This document shows positions 31,001 to 41,640 of a stretch of 64,000 bases of DNA, in pieces. The notes under the pieces were generated by a model. That model was given only the letters and a program-made list of their open reading frames with translations. It was not told the origin of the DNA and did not search any database. Each line of letters opens with the position of its first letter. Position 1 is the first letter of the stretch. A program made the position numbers and the translations under genes. The DNA lies in assembly GCF_053078305.1 (NCBI RefSeq), contig NZ_CP166879.1, one strand, 5' to 3'.

Positions 31001-34000
31001 TGGTACTGGCACTCTGACTCTGCGTTGTCCCGGCCTCACGGCGGTCGTGCGTTGTCTTACTGCTGCCAGTGGTGAAACCAATACCACCGGTACCCATCAG
31101 ACCGGATTTCTTCGTTTCCTTAAAGCGCCAGGACGTATCTGTACTGGTGGCAGCAAGAACATCAACATGGTTACCCGCCGCCAGTGACACATCCCGGTCA
31201 GCCACCACATCCGAACCCTCTACCGTCAGGTTATTACCGGCGTTAACGGTCACGCGGTTTCCCGACAACAGGGAGCCCTTCTCACGGGTGACGCTGTCTT
31301 CCGTGATGGTCCGGGTGGTCTGATGGCTGAGGAGACGGTTACGGGTTTCCCCTGATTCACTGTAGTGATAATCACTTTCCGTGGCAGTACCCAGTACGAT
31401 GTCATGACCGGCATTCACACGGATATCGCCCTTTGCCGTTACAGCGGTCGCAACTGAGGTGATATCCCGTCCGGCAGTAACCGTGATGTCACCGCCACTG
31501 GTCATGTCTGTTCCCTGCTGCCGGACCGAATCATGAACCGTCTTCATGCTGAAAGTGCTGTCGTGGTCACCTGTGCCTGTGGACTCCGCAGCCATGTTCA
31601 CATCCCGTCCGGCGCGGATATCCATACTGTTTTCAGCCATAATACCGGCAGCCTGGCTGTTCACATCACGACCGGCGGAAAGCATCAGACTGTTCCCGGC
31701 AGTGACCGTGGGGGCCACGGCATGAGTTTCATACCACCCGGACCCGCCATAGCGACGACGTTCTCCGGCCTGTATCGCGTTCATGTTCAGGTCATTACCG
31801 GCGGACAGTAACACGCTGTCACCGGCAGAAACGGCGGCACCGGTGATACTGATATCCCCGGCTGCGCCCATAAACAGTGAGTCCGTTGCCCTGACAGCAG
31901 CCAGCGGACCGGTATCCGTTCCGCTGAAATGGTTATATCCGTTGTTCATCGCCCACTGTTCTGTACGGGTGAGGTTACTGATGTTTCCGGTGGCGCTTTC
32001 CAGGGATACGGTTTTACCGCTGATGACTGAGCTGATATTGCCAATATCCCCGATGGCCTTCAGGTTCAGTGCACCACCGGCGTTTATCAGTCCGGCATTC
32101 AGGTTGTCGATACTACCTGTGCTGTCGAGCAGGAGGTCATTCTGTGCGTTGATGCTGCCGCCGCTGTTGGTGATATTGCCACCCGCAAGCTGCACGTTGT
32201 TCCCGCTGATAACGCTGCCATTATGCAGAGTGATATCTTCCGGAGACAGATACAGTTTCGGAACCATGACTGTCTGTCCGTTGATGGTGACGGACTCCCA
32301 CCACAGTATGCTTCTGGTCAGTTGTGCAACCTGCCCGGCGGTCAGCGACACACCAAAGGTCAGTCCGAGCGCTTTCTGTTGTGCTGCCGCGCTGTCCATC
32401 AGGTATTTCATCTGCGCCAGGTCAGAGCCTGTGCCGTTGATATAACGTGAGCCCGTCTGGTTCAGTATGACGTTACTGACATACCGGGTATCAAAAGCCG
32501 CATCCCCCAGAAAGCGGTAATCTTTTTCCGGTTTCAGGCCAAGACGGTCGAGAATGTACGACGAGCCCAGAAATTGTTTTTCATCGGTATATGCCGGGTC
32601 TGTTTCTCGTGGTGCCTGTCCGGGTTGCATCCTGAGCAGGTCATACAGTCCGGCAAACAGACTGCTGTCCACCTTTCCGAGACCATCCAGTTTCGGGTTC
32701 ACCGTAATCAGATACGGACTGTCCGGGTCCGTGGACGGGACAAAATAACCATTGTTACCGGATGGCAGGGGATAGCTGCTTACACTTGCCCCGGACAGCG
32801 ACAGCGCACCCGGGATATCCTTCAGCGTATCCGGCAGCGCGTCATTCCATACAGGGCCGGTTATCCCGGTACCGCTTTCATTCAGCAGGGCTTCACCGCT
32901 CACCCCCTGACTGACCGTCGGTGGTGTCAGGGAGTTCAGCGAAGGCACCGTTATCGTGTTACCTGCACCACCGGCCCGGGGCATGACAGTGGTATTACCG
33001 GTGTCAGTGGCAAAGCTGGCAGACACATCACCGGCAGCGCTGATAACCGCCCGGTACTGACCTGCCGGAGAGGTGCCACTGGCTTCTGTCGCATCCGGTG
33101 AGACCTGGCGATAGACCTTATACCATGGCTCAGTAAACCACGCTTTGGGGAGTGAGCCGGAGGCAAGCCGCCAGACCGTTTCCTTTCCGGTGGTTCCCTC
33201 CTGCCAGCCCTGATTGTTCAGTGTGTCGCCACTCAGGGTCATATTGCCACCGGCGAGAATAAACGATGCCTCATTATCCAGTCGTCCTGCACGGATATGC
33301 ATATCAGCGCCGCCGGATATCCTGGCAGCATGGCCGGAGGCACTGACTGTCACCGTTTCCGTATCGCCCGTACGGATACGGTATTCATCAGGTACCGTGG
33401 CACCCTTACCCCAGTACACGGCCAGATATTCCACACCATCATGCCGGACAACACCCCACCACCGGTTATTTTCCGGAACCGGTGAAATCACCCCGTGACT
33501 GCTTCCAGGAATGACCTCATGGCTGGCCGAAATGGCATCCCAGGAATTCAGAAGATGCGCCGTATTCATGGTGATATCGCCACGTGTGGTTTCAATATTA
33601 CCGGAACGGTTAATGATTTCGCTGTTTGCCGTCCCGCTGCTGTCCTTCTGTACCCACAGACTGTTGCCGGCCAGGATATCACCATGCTGGTTATGCAGAC
33701 GGTCTGTAAACAGCTTCAGGTTATTCCCCGCATAAATCAGCGCACTGTTCAGCAGGGTACCGGCCACATTCATTGTCAGACTGCCTGCCGTGCCGGTAAA
33801 ACCACTGATGGTGATATCACTCCGGCTGTTCAGACTCACATCGCCACCGGCCTGAAGTGAACCCGGTGCGTTAAGGAAAAGACGCTGTGCGCTGAAAACA
33901 CTGTTGCCTTTACCGGCAGTCAGCGTTCCATTGTTGGTGAATGCCTCTCCGGCACTGAGCATTATGGCATCACCCTGCATCACACCGCCGTTGGTGATGG

Positions 34001-37000
34001 CGTTCTGCGACGTGACGGAAAGGGTTTTCCCTGCGGCCAGGGTACCGTAATTCGTGAGGGCAGCAATCAGTTTCAGTGTGACATCACCGGTGGCCACCAC
34101 CTGGCCCTGACCACTGAAGTCCTGAGCGTCAAGCAGCAGGTTGCCTGCACTGTACAGCCGCCCTGTACCATTTTGCAGCAGTGAACTGCCCTTGACGCCA
34201 AGCCCGGAGGTTCCCAGCAGGGTACCACTGTTGCTGAATGTGTGGTAATTCACCAGCAGGTCCGCCCCCTGAAGCGTACCGGTATTATTCAGCGTGGTTC
34301 CTTTAACGTCGGCACTGCCGGTGGCAAGTACGCGTCCGCCGTTGACAGTATTCACCACATCCAGCAGCAGGGTGGCAGCCTGTACCAGTCCGCTGCCGGT
34401 GTTCGCCAGCACCTGCGCCGTCAGCGTGAGGTTGCTGCCGGAGAGGATTTTGCCGTCGTTCTGCAGACGGTCTGTGGCGTTCAGGGAAAAACCGCCACCA
34501 CCCTGTATCGTGCCCTGGTTACTCAGGGTCGCAGTACTGACATTCAGTGCATTCCGGCTCATCAGAACACCACCGGAACGGTTGTTCACGCCACCGGAGG
34601 CGGCCAGCGTCAGCGTTTCGCCCTGCAGATGCCCGCCGTTTGTGAGTTGTCCTGCCGTGATGGTGGTGGCATTTCCCTGTAATTGCCCGTCGTTTGTGAC
34701 ACTGTCTGCCTTCAGCGTCAGCACACCTGCACTGAGCAGTTTTCCGTTCGCCTGATTGTTCAGCGTCTGATTCACCGTGAGCGTGAGAGTATCCACACCG
34801 GTGATGTCACCCGCACTGGTCAGTGAGTTCGCCTTCAGGGTCAGATTTTTTGCAATCCATTGTCCGCTGTTGCTTAAATTCAGTGCACTGAGCGCCATTT
34901 CACCGTTCGAGGTGACTTTGCTGCCTGCTGTGCTGACGAGCTCACCCGTCAGACGTGCAGTCAGGCTGTCAGCCGCCTGGATCGCCCCGCTGTTTGCCAG
35001 ACTGTCTGCGGTGATCAGCACCCGTTTGCCCTGCCAGTGTCCGGAACTGGTAATACTGCCTGCGGTGATTGTCAGATCGCCGCTGGTCAGCAGTGAACCG
35101 CCGTTATTCATCAGCGCAGGTTGAGGGGATGCCATATCCATACGGGCGGCAAGCGTCAGCGCGGCTATCCCGGTGAGCGTGCCACTGTTGGTGACACTGT
35201 TCTGACAAATCGTGACATGGTTACCCTGGACAGTGCCGCGGTTATCCAGTGAGTTTCCATCAAGAGAGAGCGTGCCGGCCGAAAGCAGACTGCCCCGGTT
35301 GTCCGTGGTGGCTGCGTTCAGCGTGGTGTCACCCTGGCTCATGATATCGCCGGTACTGGTCAACTGACCGGTTGCCGAAGCAGTAAGGTTACCGGTTGCC
35401 AGCACGGAACCACGGTTCGCCCATCTGTCCGCCTGCACGGTGAGATTCTGTCCCTGCGTGGTCCCTGCGGTATTCAGTGTTTTACCCCGGAGGGAGAGGT
35501 CGCCCGCCGTCAGCCAGCGTCCGTTACGGCCCTGTGAGAGGGTGTCGCCTGCAAGCGCCAGTGCACCGGCGCCCTGCAACAGACCATCACCATCCAGCGT
35601 GGTCGCCCTGACGTTCAGCGTGTCAGCGATGATTTTTCCCGGATTGCTGAGGGAGGCAGTGTTTAACGTTAAACCATTATCACCGGTGATAAGCCCGCTG
35701 TTGCGGATGTCCGGTATATCCAGCGTCAGGTCTGCAGCACTGTACAGCGTGCCGTTCTGCTGATTATCAAGCCGCTGTGTGTTAACGGTGAGTGAGGCCT
35801 TCCCCTGCAACAGACCGCTGTTGGTCAGGGTCTGTGACTGTGTATTCAGGGCGGAAGCAACAAGTACGCCGCTGCTGGTCAGTTCCGGCGCACTGAGGCT
35901 GAGCGACGGGGCGCTGCTTTTCCCGCTGTGGGTGAGCTTTTCACTGGCGTTCAGGGTGAGGATGTCTCTGGCAGCCTGTGTTCCGTCAAGCTGTGCGTTC
36001 TGCACATCCACGCTGACACTGTTGCCCTGCGTCTGCGCAGTGGTCGTGGTCTTCAGACTGTTGCCTTTTACAGACACCGTGCCACCCGCACTGGTTTCAC
36101 CCGCCAGCGTGGAAGACGCGCTGTTCAGCATGAGGTTACCGTCACTGTGCGTGACTGATTTTTCTGTGGTGGTCAGTGTGTCTGCAGAAGCCACAAGTTC
36201 CTTTGCCCCGGAGAGGGTACCGCTGTTGTTTATCTGCGTGGCACTGAGCGTCAGCACGTCATCGCTGACGAGTCTGCCGCGGTTTTCAAGTGTACCGCTG
36301 ACGGTAACGCGGGCACTGTCTTTTGCACCGGCATCACCGGACAGTGTGGCATTGCGGGCGCTGATATCGAGTGTGCTGCCACTTTTAATACTGCCGGTGC
36401 TGGTCAGGTCAGTGGCGGTGACTTTCAGGCCATTCCCCTGGACGGTACCGGTATTACTGAATGTCCCGGTTTTCACCGTGGCATCGCGCCCGGCAACCAG
36501 TGTCCCACCGTTGTTCAGGCTGCCGGAGCTGACGGTGAGTGTTTTCCCGGCAACGCTGCGGCCTTTCAGTGTGGTATCCCCCGTGGTGGTAAGGGTGACA
36601 TTTTCAGCTGCATTCACGGCCCCGGAAGTCTGGTTCAGGTGCTGTGCACTGAGCATGGCGTTCTGTCCGGCAGTCAGTTCACCACCGTTCTGTACAATCT
36701 GCCCGGATGAAGACAGCACCAGATTTTTATCCGTCACCAGACGGGACTGATTCAGTGTCAGTCCCGTTGTCCCGGTAACGCTGAGATTTCCTCCGGCTTT
36801 GTTATCCCCTGAAAGTGAGACATCCGTTCCGGTTACGGTGGTACTGCCGCCGGCAAGGCTGTTCTTCAGGACCAGTTTTCCGGAACTGCTCAGTATGATA
36901 TCGCCCTCCCGGGCATAAAGGTTACCAAGATTAACCCCGACACCATTTTCAGTGGAGGTCAGATGAATACGCCTGGCGTACATTCCACCGAGCGCGCCAG

Positions 37001-37733
37001 TATCAACGGCAACTTTCGGCACATCACCTTCGCCCTTCAGGGCACTGACACGACCATCTGCAGTTACACGGTTAGCACCTGCAGTGACAGTTAAATCCTT
37101 CGCATGAAGCGCGGCATTCACTTCCGTTGCACGGGCAATAATGGATACGGCATCGCTCCGGGTGCCGTCCAGGCCCGCGCCATTGATGGTGATACTGCCT
37201 TCAGTCACCTCCAGCGCCTGCAGGCTGCCGTCGGCATTCATCACAGGTCTGCCCGTGGTGAGCGTCGCGTGCGGCGTGTTGATAAAGCCACAGCCGTCAC
37301 AGGTGATACCATACGGGTTGGCAACCATCACATTCGCCGCTTTGCCGGCCACTTCCGTATAGCCCTGCAGCAGTGAACGCTTACCGCCGGTCACTTCGTT
37401 GATGATACCCTTCGCTTCCCCGCCCGCTTTCAGGTTCGGGTTATTCTGTATCAGTCCACCAAGCTGCGTCGGATTAAGCTTACCGGTGGCATTATTGAGA
37501 ATCAGCCCTTCCTTCCCGACGTTGTAATCCGTAAACCGGTTATGCGAAATCCCGGCCCCGTCCGGCGTGGCAATGTTCACGACCGGCACACCATTTGCCG
37601 CTTTATCCATTCCGGCCCCGTTTTGTGGGGTGATGACGGCCCCCACAGCCGGTAACAACGGCTGCCCGGCGATAATTGTACTGATAAGGTAACTCAGCAG
37701 GCGGTAAGTGAAGCGAACAGGAGGCTGATGCAT
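28023..37733 (-). CDS. cdiA: CdiA contact-dependent inhibition exoprotein (TPS family)
   Basis: 3236 aa; extended signal [48 protein letters not shown]; TPS domain [26 protein letters not shown]; long filamentous-haemagglutinin-type repeats; VENN motif at 28956..28967 followed by a 310-aa C-terminal toxin region. Confidence 0.92.
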
Positions 37734-37745
37734 GGTAATAATCCC

Positions 37746-39513
37746 TTAAAACGCGACGGCAACGCGCCAGTAAACCGTGAGATGGTCAGGGGCAAGCCAG
37801 TCCGGGTAAACAAGAGGCAGTCCGGCGGTGAACGAACCGGAAACATGACCACTGGTGGTGCTGAGCCCGGCAGCAGCACCCCACAGCGTGCCGGACGAGT
37901 ACGGGTCATCGCTGTCAGAGTGCAGCCAGCCGCCGTCCAGTGCAGTCACTGCACGGACTGTCCCCACATATGGCAGGGAGAACAGAGACCAGGACAGCTC
38001 ATTTCGCAGATAACCGCCGTTATTACCGGAGATATACTGCTCCTTAAAGCCACGCACTGAACTCTCACCCCCGAGGCTCAGTTGTTCCACACCATGAAGA
38101 CGGTCCGGTGACCACTGGGCATAAGCGCTGGTCAGCCACCACACCCTGTCCGTGACGGGGCGCTGAAAACTGGCGCTTAATGACCATTTCCGGAACTGAT
38201 TTACGGGCAGGTCTCCCCTTTTCCCGTGGTCGCTTTCTGCGCCGAACCAGGGCATCCCCCGTGTGAATACCGGATTCAGTGTTCCGACACCCCCCAGAAA
38301 CTTGTGTGTGTGATTCAGCCCGACAGAAAATGAAGTGAGTTTACGGCTGCTGCCCTGAAGCAGAACATCATCCAGATAATTGTGAATAATGCGGTGCTGC
38401 AGACCTCCGGTCAGTGCTGTCTTCATGTCCCCGTTACGGAACAGGACATGCGACAGTCCCAGCCGGTGAGTCTGCAGGTCTCCCGTGGAACGCCACCGCC
38501 AGCCCCGGTTATCAATGGTGCTGAGGTAGTCACTCCATGAATACGTGTAATCCACCAGGGTATAGCCATACGGCAGACTGACACCGGCGGCAAAATTCCT
38601 CGCATCATGTGACACCGAAAAGTCACTGCTCCGTCCTCCGCTGACAAACCAGTTGTCAGCCAGCCCCAGAGGATTATTAAAGGAAAGGACTCCATTTAAC
38701 TGCCCCGTACCGGTATTCTTCTGTCCGCTGTTGTCGATGCCCACGCTCCCTGTGACAGGCCATTCCGGCGATGCCGTCAGTGTCACCACCGACCATCCCT
38801 CACGGTCACCGGGCGATATTTCAATCTGTACCGGCTCCGTACGCAGACGGTTAATCTGCTCCATCCCCTGCTCAATATCCCGCAGGTTCAGAACCTTCCC
38901 CTCCATTCCCGGGAAAACCATCTTCAGGGTGCGGGCAGGAAGGTCAGCGCCTTCCGCCCGGATTTGCTGCAGCCTGCCTTCCATGACCGTTATGTGCAGT
39001 ACGCCCCCTGAAAGGTCCTGCTCTGTCAGAAAGGCCCGGCTGGTGATATATCCCCGGCGTATATAGCCGTCCGTCACGGCATCCGTGACCGCGGTCAGCC
39101 CCGTGATATTCAGACACTGATTCACCCACGGTGCCACCAGTCTGTCGGTTTCTGCAGACGTCAGTCGGGTGGCCCCACTGACAACAATGCGTGACACCGT
39201 AAAGCAGGGACCGTCAGTACCGGCAGACATTTTCCGGAGACGGTATGACAGTCAGCGGCGCACTGCGCTCCAGCGCATCACGCTGACGCTGGTTTTCATC
39301 CAGCAACTGCTGCTGTTGCTGCTGAATGGCACTGCGGTCACCCGGAGACAGCATGGCAGCCGGAGACGAAAACGAAAGAATGCAAAGGCAGGAGAGGAGG
39401 GGAAAATAGCGTGCCACCGGAGAGAAAGTGCGGAGCTTAAATGCGCACTGGCCGGAAACCATACCAGGCAACAACGTTCTGTTCGCCAGTAAGTTATCCT
39501 GCCGGTGCTGCAT
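37746..39513 (-). pseudogene. cdiB: cdiB (TpsB outer-membrane transporter) apparently split by a frameshift
   Basis: N-terminal 99-aa ORF (39214..39513, …PGDRSAIQQQQQQLLDENQRQRDALERSAPLTVIPSPE…) and 494-aa ORF (37746..39230, MSAGTDGPCFTVSRIVVSGATRL…) are in different frames and overlap at 39214..39230 around an A4 run. Confidence 0.7.
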
Positions 39514-39874
39514 ATTCTCCTCGTGGGGTATCCAGTGTAAATTAACGTAAGTGGAATGTCAGTGCTGAAATTTACACCCGATAAAAAACATACAGAAACA
39601 ATCCTGTTATGTAAAATCTGGAAAAATGTCAGAAATGTGATCGAAGTTGTGTTTTACGGAGGGGGAAAAGGAAAAAAGACATCCTTTGATGGTAAAAAAG
39701 ATGTTTCCTGCAGAGTAACAATCAGGAATGCAACACAAGTTCCAGTTCAGGTGTTGTGGATTTGAGTAAAAAAACAGTCATAACTCTCCTGAGAACCTGA
39801 AACTCCTCAGTGTGTTCTTATAAATGGAAAATGCGCAATAACGATGATTCCAGTCACTACTGATAACGCGTTTT

Positions 39875-39914
39875 GCGTATGCCGAACTGTGATCGATTCA
39901 GGTGTCATTTTGCA
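39875..39914 (+). repeat. Right copy of the imperfect direct repeat flanking the cdi module
   Basis: gcgtatgccgaactgtgatcgattcaggtgtcattttgca; see 26500..26543. Confidence 0.6.
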
Positions 39915-40100
39915 CGTTTCTCATCTTTGATGTAACCCACCATCCCTGACCTAGCATCGCAATAAAATTAAGTCTGAATAAAAATTACGACAATTTCACA
40001 GTTTCTGTCGATTGTGGCATTATCAGCAGCATCCACCTCCGGGGTTTACACCGGAGCCTGAACAGGTAAACTACCTGTTCATCCTGTTTATTATCCCTGA

Positions 40101-41000
40101 ATGCTTATGTCGCAGTTCGATTTTACCAGTCTGGATCCCTTTGCCCGAGCCGTTTCTCCTTTTGAGGAAATGGCGGCTTATGAGGCGTTATGGTCAGAAA
40201 AAGGCGCGACATTCAAAACTATTGCGGATAAATTTCGTGCAGCACCAACCGGCTCGCTTCCTTCTGACTTTGTCTCAGACAGCATTATTGCTGCTTTTAA
40301 AAACCGGCTGAAAGAAATTATCGCGCGTTACGATATTGACGATCTGGGGATACGTGTCCATGGGGCCGGAGAATATCCAGAAAAACTGCGGGATGCGCGG
40401 AACCCCATAGAACTTCTTTACTATCAGGGGTGGTGGGACCTGATTAACACTCGCTCGGTAGCTGTTGTTGGTTCCCGTAGAGTCTCTGAAGAAGGAGCAA
40501 AACGAACCCGCAAAGTCGTCAAATTTCTGGTTGAGGATGGTTTTACCATCGTTTCAGGACTGGCTGAAGGCGTGGATACCAACGCGCATCAGACGGCACT
40601 GGCTCTGGGTGGTAAAACGATTGCAGTTATCGGGACACCACTTTCACATCATTATCCCAGACAAAACAGTAATCTGCAGAAAAACATTCGCGACAACCAC
40701 CTGCTTATCAGTCAGGTTCCGTTTCATCGATACCTGGAGCAGGACTATCGGAGCAACCGAATATTTTTTCCGGAGCGAAATGTCACGATGTCTGCGCTGA
40801 CAGAAGCAACGATTATTATTGAAGCATCAGAAACATCAGGTACTCTGACTCAGGCACGTGCGGCACTTGCCCAGGGCCGAAAATTGTTTATTCTGGAATC
40901 CTGCTTTCGTAACCCATCAATTACATGGCCTGCCCGTTTTGAAGCGCAAGGGGCCATTCGGGTCAGGAATTACGAAGACATCAGGAGGCATCTCCGTTGA
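40101..41000 (+). CDS. DprA/Smf-like (DNA-processing protein A fold) protein
   Basis: 299 aa; VAVVGSRRVSEEGAKRTRKVVKFLVEDGFTIVSGLAEGVDTNAHQTALALGGKTIAVIGTPLSHHYPRQNSNL matches the DprA Rossmann-like core; stop overlaps the next gene's start (ATGA). Confidence 0.8.
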   Translation: MLMSQFDFTSLDPFARAVSPFEEMAAYEALWSEKGATFKTIADKFRAAPTGSLPSDFVSDSIIAAFKNRLKEIIARYDIDDLGIRVHGAGEYPEKLRDARNPIELLYYQGWWDLINTRSVAVVGSRRVSEEGAKRTRKVVKFLVEDGFTIVSGLAEGVDTNAHQTALALGGKTIAVIGTPLSHHYPRQNSNLQKNIRDNHLLISQVPFHRYLEQDYRSNRIFFPERNVTMSALTEATIIIEASETSGTLTQARAALAQGRKLFILESCFRNPSITWPARFEAQGAIRVRNYEDIRRHLR

Positions 41001-41623
41001 CACTTCGTCTGACTCTGATTGATGAACTGATACGTAAACAACATCATTATCTGGAGGATGGTGATCTGTGTTATTGCTTTGGCGAATACACAGCCCGACA
41101 AGGCGCTGCTTACAGCGAAACTAACCAGTTAATCATCAATCTTAAAAAGGGGTATGAACGTCGGGCATTCCCTGATTACCACTATAAAAAGGTTGCTATT
41201 GAGTATGTTGCTCAGATGCTCATATCAAATATCGGTAATCTTGAGGAATACACATTTGTTCCCGTACCACCATCCAAATGCCGTACAGATGCCGCTTACG
41301 ATGACCGTATGACAGAAATTCTGCGAATTGCGCAAACCTACGAACCCTGGCTGGATTACCGGGAACTGGTTGTGCAAAACGTATCAACAATTGCCTCTCA
41401 TACCGCAACAAACCGGCCCTCACCAGAAGCGATTATGGCAAACTACCAACTGGATGAACAATTACTGGAGGGATGCAGGCCCTGGATTGTTATTTTTGAT
41501 GACGTTCTTACTGCCGGTAGCCATTTTAAAGCGATGAAAAGCCTGATACTACAACATATTCCTGAAGCCTGTATACTGGGACTCTTTGTTGCCCGAACAA
41601 CCCGGGGAGCTCAAATTATTTAA
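40997..41623 (+). CDS. Phosphoribosyltransferase (PRTase)-like protein
   Basis: 208 aa; C-terminal WIVIFDDVLTAGSHF fits the type I PRTase PRPP-binding motif; translationally coupled to the DprA-like gene. Confidence 0.55.
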   Translation: MTLRLTLIDELIRKQHHYLEDGDLCYCFGEYTARQGAAYSETNQLIINLKKGYERRAFPDYHYKKVAIEYVAQMLISNIGNLEEYTFVPVPPSKCRTDAAYDDRMTEILRIAQTYEPWLDYRELVVQNVSTIASHTATNRPSPEAIMANYQLDEQLLEGCRPWIVIFDDVLTAGSHFKAMKSLILQHIPEACILGLFVARTTRGAQII

Positions 41624-41640
41624 AAAGGGTAAAGTACTCC

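Noticed and set aside
28635-37376. Many plus-strand ORFs (e.g. 28635..29693, 31783..32445, 35779..36750) inside the cdiA region
   Set aside because: They lie antisense to the 3236-aa cdiA frame in repetitive GC-rich DNA; products are low-complexity with no motifs. Shadow ORFs.
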